A stretch of DNA of 64,000 nt from Nitrospirota bacterium (GCA_022545705.1 JACZQN010000001.1:940-64939), one strand, 5' to 3'; shown: positions 38,099-47,163, counted from the first letter of the stretch. Made by a program: numbers and translations. Notes: generated by a model from the letters alone, not told the origin.

Positions 38099-38162
38099 GC
38101 AAGGGGCGAGAGGCTAGGGGGGCTGTTTGCCCCTCGCCTCTGGCCGAAAGCGGGAGAGTTCT

Positions 38163-38960
38163 ATGTTGCGTACCAAGCATCTTAAGATGGAGCAACTCAT
38201 CAGGGAGATGGACTCCGTCCTGGTCGCCTTCTCAGGTGGGGTCGACAGCTCACTCGTGCTGAAGGTCGCCCACGAGGCGCTCGGCGCTCGAGCGCTGGCT
38301 GTGACGGCGGTCTCTCCGACCTTCCCCGCCGTGGAGCTTGAGTGGACGCGCCGCCTCGTCGCTGAAATCGGCGCGCGTCACCATATCATCGAGGGGGACC
38401 AGCTCGTGATCCCCGACTTTGTCCGCAACGATGCGAGTCGTTGCTACCATTGCAAGACGGACCTTTACCAAGCGGTCGGGAAACTTCAATGCGACCTGCG
38501 GATCGGGGCGGTCGTGGATGGCACCAACTTGGACGACCTGGATGATGATCGGCCCGGAATGATGGCAGCCCGCGAGTGGGGCGTCCGGAGCCCCCTGGTC
38601 GAAGCGGAGCTGACGAAGGCAGAGGTTCGAGAACTGGCCAGAGCTCTCGGCCTCTCCAACTGGGATAAGCCCGCAGCCGCATGCCTGTCCTCGCGGATCC
38701 CTCGCGGGACCGCAATCACACGGGAGAACTTGTCCCGTATCGAGCACGCCGAGCTCGTGCTGTTCCAGGAAGGGTTCCACCAGTTCCGTGTTCGAGACCA
38801 CGGGGAGACGGCCAGGATCGAGTTGGAGGGGTCAGAGATCGCAAGGATGCTGGAAGTGGAACGGCGAGCTCGTATCAGTGCCGCACTGAAACAGTTGGGG
38901 TTTCGGTTCGTGTCCCTCGATCTGGAAGGATACCGCCGCGGCAGTACGACCACCCGATAA
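38163..38960 (+). CDS. larE: LarE-like PP-loop ATP-dependent sulfur transferase (TIGR00268 family)
   Basis: PP-loop VAFSGGVDSSLV and the CYHCK motif. No larB/larC in the window. Confidence 0.75.
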   Translation: MLRTKHLKMEQLIREMDSVLVAFSGGVDSSLVLKVAHEALGARALAVTAVSPTFPAVELEWTRRLVAEIGARHHIIEGDQLVIPDFVRNDASRCYHCKTDLYQAVGKLQCDLRIGAVVDGTNLDDLDDDRPGMMAAREWGVRSPLVEAELTKAEVRELARALGLSNWDKPAAACLSSRIPRGTAITRENLSRIEHAELVLFQEGFHQFRVRDHGETARIELEGSEIARMLEVERRARISAALKQLGFRFVSLDLEGYRRGSTTTR

Positions 38961-39037
38961 GCGTTAACCGTTACTCGTTAACCGGGACAAACACAAAAGA
39001 AACGGGAAGACTCTAACGTTTCACGTCTTACAGTTCC

Positions 39038-39553
39038 TCAAGAGCGCCGCTCCTCGTAGGCATCCGCCACAGCCTGTAATGCCTCATCCGCCAAGCGGCG
39101 ATGATCAGCATCGGAAAGACTGCGCCCCACCACTTGCTCAGCCACCAGCAGGGCCAAGTCGGTCGTCTGAGACCGGATCTCTTGAATCGCCTTGCGGCGC
39201 TCATGCTCGATGTCGCGGGCAGCGTCCGCCTTGATGCGCTCGGATTCCGCGAGCAGGCGTTGCTCGTTTTCCTCCAACAGGCGCTGGGCCCGATCCTTCG
39301 CCCGGGCCAGTACCGCCTCGGCGTCGCGCGAAGCCGCGCTCAATTTGGCCTCGTATTCCTGCATCTTGCGCTCCGCCTCAGCACGATGCCGCTCGGCCTG
39401 TTCCAAGCTGTCCCGGATCTTGCGCTCGCGCGTCTCCAACGCCTCGAGGATCGGCGGGAACGCAAACTTGTACAAGATCCAAAAGAGGGCGGCAAACGAG
39501 ACAATTTCCCAGAAAATCAGCGACGAAAAAAATGTCGTGTCAAACTGTGGCAT
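39038..39553 (-). CDS. atpF: F0F1 ATP synthase subunit b
   Basis: Single N-terminal TM (FWEIVSFAALFWILYKFAF) and a long charged helix. Confidence 0.88.
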   Translation of the reverse strand: MPQFDTTFFSSLIFWEIVSFAALFWILYKFAFPPILEALETRERKIRDSLEQAERHRAEAERKMQEYEAKLSAASRDAEAVLARAKDRAQRLLEENEQRLLAESERIKADAARDIEHERRKAIQEIRSQTTDLALLVAEQVVGRSLSDADHRRLADEALQAVADAYEERRS

Positions 39554-39675
39554 GGCCTTTTAGGAGAACCGGTAACCTGCTCGGTCCGTTAGTTCCGTCC
39601 GGTCCGTTAACGGAAGCACCTGTCCAAACGGACCCAACTGACTAAACAAAGCCCTCCCTTTTTAACTTTTTCCGT

Positions 39676-39906
39676 TTACTTGCGCAACCCCATAATGATG
39701 AACGCGATCACCAAGCCATAGAGCGCGATCGCCTCGACCAGCGCGAATCCGATCCACATGTACTTTCCGACCCGGGCCTCGGCTTCCGGTTGACGCGCAA
39801 CCGCCTCGATCATCTTCCCGAAGATGTAACCGATTCCGACGCCGGCTCCGGCGAAGCCTGCCGCTGCTAAGCCCATTCCCAACAATGCTGCTGCCGCAGA
39901 GTCCAT
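39676..39906 (-). CDS. atpE: F0F1 ATP synthase subunit c
   Basis: Hairpin proteolipid with the ARQPE loop and the conserved carboxylate in FALVEAIALYGLV. Confidence 0.92.
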   Translation of the reverse strand: MDSAAAALLGMGLAAAGFAGAGVGIGYIFGKMIEAVARQPEAEARVGKYMWIGFALVEAIALYGLVIAFIIMGLRK

Positions 39907-39940
39907 GTAGTCCGTTCCTCCCTTACTCGGTGATCATGCT

Positions 39941-40831
39941 TCAATGGGCGCGTTCCTCGTGCCCATGCAGGTGTATGGCGTCTCCGAGATAGACGCACGT
40001 CAATATACTGAAAATGTACGCCTGAATAAATGCAATAAACACCTCCAGGCCGTTGATGGCAATCGAAACGACGAACGGCAACCAACGGATCCAAATGATG
40101 GAAAGTAAGACCGGTATCAGGCACCACCATAGGATGAGACCTACTATGCCTGCCGAAGCGACAATTCGACGCCGCATCACAATGAGGACTACCAATACGA
40201 AGAAAAGCCCAACCTTGACAGCCAGCGGCGCTGGTATGAAAGGCATGCTCACAAGCATTCCGAAAAGAACAGCCAAGACCGTATGTCCAGCCGTCATGTT
40301 CGCGAATAACCGGACCGCGAGCGACAAGGGTCTCGCCAGTTGACTAACCAGTTCAATCGGTATCATGAGGGGTAGCATCCATGCTGGCGTTCCGGACGGT
40401 ACCAGAATTCCAAGGAATTTCACGCCGTGAAGGGAGAATCCGACGACGATGCTCATGCTGTACACAAACAAAGCAAAGACCGCGGTCACGACAATCTGGC
40501 TCGTCACGGTAAAGGACCCGGGAACCAATCCCAGCAGGTTACAAAACAGAATAAAGACGAACAGGGTGCTCACGAACGGGAAAAACCGCATGCCCTCCCT
40601 GCCCATCGTGTCGAGGATCATACCGCGGATGAATTCCACGAGAAGCTCGGCCAGGCTCTGCAGCTTTCTGGGCACGAGGCGTCGCGAGGTCCCGGCAGCA
40701 ATCAAAAGGCCTGCCACGAGTGCGACGACCACCCACATCATCAGCACGGCTTTGTTGAGGGAGATGTCAACACCGAGCAACGAGAGGTGCACGAACGGAT
40801 GGAGTTCAAACGGGTGGAGCGGATTTTCCAA
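39941..40831 (-). CDS. atpB: F0F1 ATP synthase subunit a
   Basis: Essential Arg in LSLAVRLFANMTAGH and C-terminal FIQAYIFSILT. TTG start at 40831 behind a GAAGGAGAGG RBS; the longer ORF-track version would overlap atpZ. Confidence 0.88.
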   Translation of the reverse strand: MENPLHPFELHPFVHLSLLGVDISLNKAVLMMWVVVALVAGLLIAAGTSRRLVPRKLQSLAELLVEFIRGMILDTMGREGMRFFPFVSTLFVFILFCNLLGLVPGSFTVTSQIVVTAVFALFVYSMSIVVGFSLHGVKFLGILVPSGTPAWMLPLMIPIELVSQLARPLSLAVRLFANMTAGHTVLAVLFGMLVSMPFIPAPLAVKVGLFFVLVVLIVMRRRIVASAGIVGLILWWCLIPVLLSIIWIRWLPFVVSIAINGLEVFIAFIQAYIFSILTCVYLGDAIHLHGHEERAH

Positions 40832-40848
40832 GGCCTCTCCTTCGTTCG

Positions 40849-41109
40849 TTATTTGGGCCAGCGCTGCGCCATCCGGTACGCATTCCGGACTCCCGCGAAG
40901 GCGCCCAGGATCAACCCTGCCACCATCCCCCAAGGCCCAGAGGAAAACAGGTAGGTATCAACCAGCCAACCCAGGCCGCCCCCCACGATCAGCGCAGCCA
41001 GCATTTCGGTCCCGATCCGGACCGCTTGCCCCAAGCCCGCATAGAAGGGATCTGTTGAGGGCGGCATCGTCATCCACCGCCGCGCAGCCGAGCAACGGCG
41101 CGCATTCAA
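40849..41109 (-). CDS. atpI: AtpZ/AtpI-family ATP synthase protein I
   Basis: Two-TM small protein (IGTEMLAALIVGGGLGWLVD...GMVAGLILGAFAGV) in the first position of the F0 operon. Confidence 0.7.
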   Translation of the reverse strand: MNARRCSAARRWMTMPPSTDPFYAGLGQAVRIGTEMLAALIVGGGLGWLVDTYLFSSGPWGMVAGLILGAFAGVRNAYRMAQRWPK

Positions 41110-41225
41110 TCAAAATATCGGGCGAATTGTCAAGCTGATCGCCACTGGTCGAGGCACGCGTGATCGCCATTCAACAGCGCTTCCTCGACTGGCTTCTGTT
41201 TTCCCCGTTGTGTTACAAGGATCCC

Positions 41226-42707
41226 ATGATCCGACCATCACGCGCACGCTTCCTGATGGAAGCACGTCCCCAGCCGCTGTTGCTCTCTGTGCCCCAGCCG
41301 GCGGAGGACGCCTATGAATTGTACCGTCGGATTGCCCACCCGAACCGGCCATCATTTCTCCTCGAGAGCGGAAAGGGCGCCGGCGCAGTCGCGCGGTACT
41401 CCTTCTTGGGAAGCGACCCCTATCTGGAGTTCATCGGTACACACGATCGCTACGAGCTGCGCACACGCGACGGGACAGTGGCGAAGCAAGGGGACCCTTT
41501 CGCCGCCCTTGCGGCGCTGCTGCGCGCGTCCAGAATACCCCGACCCGAGGGCGCGCCGCCGTTCTTCGGCGGGGCGGTAGGGTATTTCGGCTACGATTTT
41601 GCGCGGCGGTTGGAGCCCCTGCCGACTCTTGCGGTGGACGACCTGCACCTCCCAGAGCTGCAGTTCGCGTTTGTGGAGCTGTTGGCCGCTCTCGACCACA
41701 GCACCCGGACGCTCCATTTGATCTTTGCGCCCCCGTCAGAGCGGTTGCAAGGCGAATCACGGGAGAAGCTCTACCGAGAGGGTTGTGACCGGCTGGCTGA
41801 ACTCGAAGCGAGGCTGGCGTGTCCGCGCGTCACGCGTGAAGAAGATCGGCCGACTGTCCAACTCACCATTCATCCGGACCAGTCCCGGACTACCTATCTG
41901 GACCGCGTGCTTCAGTGTCAGGAGTTTATCCGCGCTGGGGACATCTATCAGGCGAATCTGTCCCACCGCTTCACCATTGAACAGCCGGGCGGCCGAAGCC
42001 TGCACGATACGATGACTGGCTTCGCCCTTTATCAGCGCCTTCGGCTGGTGAACCCGTCACCCTTTGCGGCATTGCTCAACTTTAAGGAGCTGTGTCTCGT
42101 CAGTTCCTCACCGGAGCGCCTCGTACGATTGGACAACCGGCGAGTGGATACCCGTCCGATTGCCGGGACCCGGCCTCGAGGCCAGACCCTCACCGAGGAT
42201 CGCCACCTGGCCGAGGAACTCCTGACTGACCGGAAGGAGCGCGCCGAGCATCTGATGCTGGTTGACCTCGAACGCAATGACCTCGGCCGTGTCTGCTGCT
42301 ACGGATCTGTCCGCGCGGATGAGTTCATGGTGGTGGAGCGCTACTCACACGTCAGCCATATCGTGTCCAACATCACGGGGCAGTTGCGCAGCGAGCTTGA
42401 CGGGTTTGACCTGATCAAAGCCATGTTTCCGGGCGGCACGATTACCGGAGTTCCCAAGATCCGCTGCATGGAGATCATTGAGAGCCTTGAGCCGGTCTGC
42501 CGTGGACCCTACGCCGGCTCGCTGGGATACCTGAGCTGGAGCGGAGATCTGGACCTCAACATCATCATTCGCACGCTGGTCTTGACCGACAGTCGTGGGT
42601 TCCTGCAAGTTGGAGCAGGGATTGTGGCCGATTCAAATCCAGCTCGGGAGTACGACGAAACCCTGTTTAAGGCCGAAGCGCTCATGCAAGCGCTGCGGAA
42701 GAATTGA
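41226..42707 (+). CDS. pabB: aminodeoxychorismate synthase component I (chorismate-binding enzyme)
   Basis: Chorismate-utilising motifs SPERLV, MFPGGTITGVPK and GPYAGSLGY. Assigned PabB rather than TrpE because the class IV lyase gene is adjacent. Confidence 0.75.
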   Translation: MIRPSRARFLMEARPQPLLLSVPQPAEDAYELYRRIAHPNRPSFLLESGKGAGAVARYSFLGSDPYLEFIGTHDRYELRTRDGTVAKQGDPFAALAALLRASRIPRPEGAPPFFGGAVGYFGYDFARRLEPLPTLAVDDLHLPELQFAFVELLAALDHSTRTLHLIFAPPSERLQGESREKLYREGCDRLAELEARLACPRVTREEDRPTVQLTIHPDQSRTTYLDRVLQCQEFIRAGDIYQANLSHRFTIEQPGGRSLHDTMTGFALYQRLRLVNPSPFAALLNFKELCLVSSSPERLVRLDNRRVDTRPIAGTRPRGQTLTEDRHLAEELLTDRKERAEHLMLVDLERNDLGRVCCYGSVRADEFMVVERYSHVSHIVSNITGQLRSELDGFDLIKAMFPGGTITGVPKIRCMEIIESLEPVCRGPYAGSLGYLSWSGDLDLNIIIRTLVLTDSRGFLQVGAGIVADSNPAREYDETLFKAEALMQALRKN

Positions 42708-42724
42708 AGGATTTCTTCATCCGA

Positions 42725-42787
42725 TCATTGAATCAATGACTACATGATTCAATGACTACATGATTCAATGACCACATGACTCAATAT
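42725..42787. repeat. palindrome plus three 16-bp tandem repeats carrying the ATGAYTCAAT motif, abutting the pabC start
   Basis: TCATTGA-A-TCAATGA palindrome (42725-42739). Then CTACATGATTCAATGA twice (42740-42771) and a degenerate third unit CCACATGACTCAATAT (42772-42787). ATG at 42793. Confidence 0.7.
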
Positions 42788-42792
42788 CATTT

Positions 42793-43653
42793 ATGTGGGT
42801 CTTCCTGAACGATACATTTGTGGAGAGCGACAAAGCCGTCGTGTCCGTTTTCGATCATGGATTTCTGTACGGCGATGGCATCTATGAAACGCTCCGCGCC
42901 TACGGCGGCCGCGTGTTCATGCTCCAACAGCACCTGGCTCGGCTGCACCGCTCAGGCCACCTGATCGGTCTCAAGTTCCCTCTTCCGGACAAGGACTGGC
43001 CTTCCCTCGTGAAGGAGTCGATGAGCCGGAATCGCCTCCACGACGCCTACATCCGCATCACGGTTTCCCGGGGAGAGGGCGATATCGGCCTTGATCCTGG
43101 TCTCTGCCGACGGCCGACTGTGGTGATCCTTGCCCAGCCTTTGACGCCCTACCCACCGCACCTGTTTCACGAGGGGGTGAGCCTGGCGGTTGTCCAGGTA
43201 CGTAGGAACCTCCCTGCGGCTCTTCCGCCGCAGATCAAGTCCCTGAACTTCCTGAACAATATCCTCGCGAAGCAGGAAGCGCTGCAGGCAGGAGCCTTTG
43301 ACGGCATCATGCTCAATGCCACTGGTGATCTCACTGAATGCACCGCCAGCAACCTCTTTTTCGTGCAGCATGGGTGTCTGTGCACACCCTCAATAGAATG
43401 CGGCATCCTGGACGGCATTACCCGCTCGGTGGTTCTCATGTTGGCTCAGCAAAACGGGATAGCCGTGGAGGAAGGTTCGTACCCAGCCGCAGCACTCCGA
43501 CAGGCTGACGAGTGTTTCCTCACCAATACCACGATGGAAATCATGCCGGTTCGTGAAGTGGACAGAACTTCGATTGGCGACGGACGCCCTGGCCCTCTGA
43601 CTCTGAAGCTTCGGGACCTCTTCCACTCCCATCTCGCTCGATTTCTCGAATAA
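42793..43653 (+). CDS. pabC: aminodeoxychorismate lyase / class IV aminotransferase
   Basis: Fold-type IV PLP enzyme pattern (GFLYGDGIYETLRAY, ...KSLNFLNNILAK..., GILDGITR). Confidence 0.78.
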   Translation: MWVFLNDTFVESDKAVVSVFDHGFLYGDGIYETLRAYGGRVFMLQQHLARLHRSGHLIGLKFPLPDKDWPSLVKESMSRNRLHDAYIRITVSRGEGDIGLDPGLCRRPTVVILAQPLTPYPPHLFHEGVSLAVVQVRRNLPAALPPQIKSLNFLNNILAKQEALQAGAFDGIMLNATGDLTECTASNLFFVQHGCLCTPSIECGILDGITRSVVLMLAQQNGIAVEEGSYPAAALRQADECFLTNTTMEIMPVREVDRTSIGDGRPGPLTLKLRDLFHSHLARFLE

Positions 43654-43728
43654 ATTGCACGGCTCCGTGCCGTGGCGGAGGGTGTGGAGGCGCCATGTTG
43701 AGTTGCCAGGCAGGATTTTCTGCGCGTT

Positions 43729-43757
43729 TTGACAGGGTTGGGGGCCGATGCTAAGTT
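43729..43757 (+). promoter_or_regulatory. sigma-70-like promoter placing the transcription start at or next to ATG 43765 (possible leaderless mRNA)
   Basis: TTGACA (43729-43734), 17 nt, TAAGTT (43752-43757). Only 7 nt separate the -10 from the start codon. Confidence 0.4.
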
Positions 43758-43764
43758 TGAAAGT

Positions 43765-44451
43765 ATGGATCGGCAGAGGCTTCTGCGTGTTCAGCGGTTC
43801 GTACTCTGGGTTGCCTTCCTCCTACTAGCGTCTCACTCCCTCTCGCTCGCAGACCCGCGGACGGTCTCCGCTGAGATGTACTACTACATCGACGTCCGCG
43901 GCACCATCCACTTTACAAACGCGCCGACCGATCCGCGCTTCAGAAAGCTCACCCCGCACGTCATCGCGCCCCGCCCGCCTGTGTCCGTCGAGGATCTGGA
44001 GCTGACCATTAATCGTCATTCGTTCCGGCAGCGGATCGATCCGGCCCTGGTGCGTGCCATCATCAAGGCAGAATCAGATTTCGTCCCCAGCGCCGTCTCA
44101 CGGGCGGGAGCCTCAGGACTGATGCAACTCATGCCGCAAACCGCAGCGTGGCTAGGCGTCCGTAACCTCTTTGATCCGGATGAGAACGTTGGCGCAGGGA
44201 CGCGATATTTTCGCTACCTGCTCGACCGCTACGACGGAGACATCACGCTGGCGCTTGCCGCCTATAATGCGGGCGAGCATCAGGTTGACCGCTACCAGGC
44301 CCTGCCACCCATTCACGAGACCCGCCAGTATGTGAAAAAGGTGCTCCGCTTCTACCGGGCTTATTCTGGAGATTTCTCACCGAACGTGTCCTTCCGCGCA
44401 CGGACCCGCGTCGCAGGCACGTTCAGCGGCTTCGTCCCCGATACTCGCTAG
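43765..44451 (+). CDS. lytic transglycosylase domain-containing protein
   Basis: Signal/anchor VLWVAFLLLASHSLS. SLT motif AESDFVPSAVSRAGASGLMQLMPQTA...AAYNAGE. Confidence 0.85.
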   Translation: MDRQRLLRVQRFVLWVAFLLLASHSLSLADPRTVSAEMYYYIDVRGTIHFTNAPTDPRFRKLTPHVIAPRPPVSVEDLELTINRHSFRQRIDPALVRAIIKAESDFVPSAVSRAGASGLMQLMPQTAAWLGVRNLFDPDENVGAGTRYFRYLLDRYDGDITLALAAYNAGEHQVDRYQALPPIHETRQYVKKVLRFYRAYSGDFSPNVSFRARTRVAGTFSGFVPDTR

Positions 44452-46081
44452 CAGGCTGCCATACGCGTGCCTGATCTGCTCCCGTCAGCATACCCGCTCG
44501 TTTCGCCCTGCTGTGTTGGCTCCGCTCAGGTCGCTTCCTATCCAAATAATCAGCTCGGTAATGCGCGCCCACGCTGTGTGTTCGCCACAAGGCCGCCTCC
44601 GCGATACAGCGGGCAACCTGCACCATATTCTTCACTTCTAAATCCACCCTCGCCCCAAAGGGTCGTGCCGCCGTCCGTTCCCACCGAGACAGTTGCGCCA
44701 AGGCGCTGGTCAGCGAATCGCCGGTTCGCACCAGTCCGACCTTTCCCCACATCAGCCGACGCAGCGAGCTGCGCAGCTTATCGGCGTCGTCCAACGCACA
44801 GAGCGGACCACCATCCAGCTCCCCGGCCGTCGGCAGGGGGCCCGCTGGTCCGGTATTCCGCCCTGCAAAGGCCACGGCAGCTCGAGCCGATCGTGCCCCG
44901 AACACAAGTCCTTCGAGCAGGGAATTGCTCGCGAGGCGGTTGGCCCCATGCACGCCGCTACAGGCGACTTCCCCGGCGGCCAACAGGCCCGGCAGGCTCG
45001 TCGAGCCGGTCGTATCAGTCCACACACCGCCCATCATATAGTGCGCACTCGGGCAAACCGGAATCCACTCTTCTGTAATATCAATGTCGTACCGCAGGCA
45101 GGTGGAATAGATGGTGGGAAACCTCCGTTTGATAAAGGCCTCGCCAAGGTGCGTGACGTCCAAGAATACATGCCGAGACCGCGTGGCGGCCATTTCCGAC
45201 CAGATCGCCCGTGCGGCAATGTCGCGCGGCGCTAACGCAGCGTCGGGGTGGTAGCGATGCATAAACAGTTCCCCCTTGATGTTGCGGAGCTGTCCCCCTT
45301 CCCCTCGCATCGCCTCGGAGAGGAGAAACGGAGGGCTCGTCGGCAGATACAGAGAGGTCGGATGAAACTGCACCAACTCCATATCCTCCAGGACAGCCCC
45401 AGCCCGAAGCGCCATGGCCATCCCGTCGCCGGTGGCATTGGGTGGGTTCGTCGTGCGGGCATAGGCCTGCCCGGCCCCGCCGGTCGCCAAGAGCACCGCC
45501 AACGCCTGGAGCACAGTTCGAGTCCCTTCCACCTCGTCGAGTACGACCGCGCCGCGGCACACGCCCCCGACGACAACCAAGTCTACCGTAAAGTGGTGGC
45601 CGAGCCATTGGATCCGCTTTTGCCGGCGTGCGTGCGCCATGAGGACCCTGACCATTTCGTTGCCCGTTGCATCGCCCCGCGCCCGCAAGATCCGGCTTCG
45701 ACTATGGGCTGCCTCGCGTGCAAACGCGAACTTCCCTCCGACCTTATCGAACCGCGCTCCCCAGGCAATCAACTCCTGAATCCGCTCGGGCCCTTCGCTC
45801 ACCAAGGCACGCACAGACTCCCGACGGCATAACCCATGCCCGGCCTTCAGCGTGTCGGCGAAATGGATCGCGACATCGTCCTCTTCGCTCAGGGCTACAG
45901 CAACCCCGCCCTGCGCGTAGATGGAGCTGCTCTCGAGGGGATGACCCTTCGTGAGCACCAGCACCGAGCCGTGACGGCTGAGCTCGATCGCAGCCTGGAG
46001 GCCAGCCACGCCGCCCCCGATGACTAGAAAGTCGACCTCGGGTGCGCGAGCCGCCCGCGTTCCTTTGTTCCGTCGAGCCAT
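44423..46081 (-). CDS. nadB: L-aspartate oxidase
   Basis: FAD motif VIGGGVAGLQAAIEL, HYMMGGV and RLASNSLLEGLVFG. Confidence 0.92.
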   Translation of the reverse strand: MARRNKGTRAARAPEVDFLVIGGGVAGLQAAIELSRHGSVLVLTKGHPLESSSIYAQGGVAVALSEEDDVAIHFADTLKAGHGLCRRESVRALVSEGPERIQELIAWGARFDKVGGKFAFAREAAHSRSRILRARGDATGNEMVRVLMAHARRQKRIQWLGHHFTVDLVVVGGVCRGAVVLDEVEGTRTVLQALAVLLATGGAGQAYARTTNPPNATGDGMAMALRAGAVLEDMELVQFHPTSLYLPTSPPFLLSEAMRGEGGQLRNIKGELFMHRYHPDAALAPRDIAARAIWSEMAATRSRHVFLDVTHLGEAFIKRRFPTIYSTCLRYDIDITEEWIPVCPSAHYMMGGVWTDTTGSTSLPGLLAAGEVACSGVHGANRLASNSLLEGLVFGARSARAAVAFAGRNTGPAGPLPTAGELDGGPLCALDDADKLRSSLRRLMWGKVGLVRTGDSLTSALAQLSRWERTAARPFGARVDLEVKNMVQVARCIAEAALWRTHSVGAHYRADYLDRKRPERSQHSRAKRAGMLTGADQARVWQPASEYRGRSR

Positions 46082-46587
46082 CAGTGCACCCGGGGGGTCG
46101 GCAAGTCGGCAGCAGCCAGCCGGGATGCCATCCCGAAGGGGAGATCTCCCTCCACGCTGGTGAGAAGAATAGACTGAACGCCGATCAAGCGGAGCAGTCC
46201 GTGTCCGCGTTCACGAATGGCCAGCTCCTCCGGCTTCCGCTTCCACTGGCCCTGCCAGTGCACGAACACGTCTATCGCGTCCCCCTCGATCAGGATCCGT
46301 TCAATAGTGAAATCGAGCGAGATCTCTTGGAAGGTCTGAAAATCATTCTGAATCTCCCGCATCAAGCGGTCCAGCGCCTCGAGCGGCAGCATGAGCGACT
46401 GGATGTCCGACGCCTCTTCTCGGACATACGCCACCCGAAGTTCCTCGACAGCCTGGTCAATCCTCTGAAACCGAGCGTGGTCGGCAGGATACCGCCATTC
46501 CTTCGACGAGCACCCAAGCACGGAACTGGCTGCGCAGGCCAGACCCACGAGCAGAGCACATGAGAGAACGCGGAAGCGCCAGGCCAT
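46081..46587 (-). CDS. hypothetical lipoprotein (NTF2-like size), translationally coupled to nadB
   Basis: Signal peptide with lipobox SSVLGC. Its stop overlaps the nadB start (ATGA). Confidence 0.6.
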   Translation of the reverse strand: MAWRFRVLSCALLVGLACAASSVLGCSSKEWRYPADHARFQRIDQAVEELRVAYVREEASDIQSLMLPLEALDRLMREIQNDFQTFQEISLDFTIERILIEGDAIDVFVHWQGQWKRKPEELAIRERGHGLLRLIGVQSILLTSVEGDLPFGMASRLAAADLPTPRVH

Positions 46588-46820
46588 AGTGGAGTATAGG
46601 AAGCTGCCGAGAGACCCGTCAAGCCGCCTGCGCCAGGCTGATCTCGAACGCACACCGCAGCCCTGAATGTGACACGAGTGGTTATTGCGTTGTGTCTTCC
46701 CGTAGTTTTCTTGACACGTCGCGGGCCTCGGTGTTACGCAGCAGAGCGTAAGCCTGGGGATGCGCGCGGCTTGCTTTTAAGCGGAAAACGCTCTACACTT
46801 CCCGGATCGGGAGAGGTTTT

Positions 46821-46916
46821 ATGTCTAGCGTCTTGAAGAAGCGTCGAAAAAAAATGCGCAAGCACAAGCACAAGAAGCTCCGTAGGCGCATGAAGTTCTT
46901 GCGTCGGAGAACATAA
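46821..46916 (+). CDS. bS22-like small ribosomal protein (AURKAIP1/COX24-domain family), 31 aa
   Basis: MSSVLKKRRKKMRKHKHKKLRRRMKFLRRRT. As I recall it, this pattern matches actinobacterial bS22 (GSVIKKRRKRM.KKKHRKLLRR). GGGAGAGG RBS 5 nt upstream. Below the ORF-track length cut-off. Confidence 0.7.
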   Translation: MSSVLKKRRKKMRKHKHKKLRRRMKFLRRRT

Positions 46917-46944
46917 GGTCTATCACGTAGAATGTGGGGGGGCC

Positions 46945-47163
46945 ATGTCAGAAGTCAAGCGGGTGAAGATCAAGGTGCGGACTCCAAGCTGCGTCTATGT
47001 TGGTGAGTTGGTCATTCCCCCGATGAGAAAGCGCGTCTCAGACGTGCTCAACGAAGATTCAAACCTCTTCATCAACCTGTCCAACGTCGTCATCAACGAC
47101 GATGAGCGAGCCGAGTTTATCGCGCTGAACAAGAATATGATTGTGTCCATCACCGAATTGTAA
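46945..47163 (+). CDS. hypothetical small protein (72 aa)
   Basis: Clean ORF 28 nt downstream of the bS22-like gene, with balanced composition and a beta-rich pattern. No family recognised. Confidence 0.5.
   Translation: MSEVKRVKIKVRTPSCVYVGELVIPPMRKRVSDVLNEDSNLFINLSNVVINDDERAEFIALNKNMIVSITEL

Noticed and set aside
39038-41109. F0-only atp operon (atpI/Z-B-E-F without F1 genes) as a novelty
   Set aside because: Split atp operons with F0 and F1 genes at separate loci are known in several bacterial phyla. There is nothing unusual in the sequences themselves.
42740-42787. CRISPR array interpretation of the tandem repeats (also 54587-54616 and 9395-9443)
   Set aside because: The units are 7-16 bp and directly abutting, with no unique spacers, and no cas genes are nearby.
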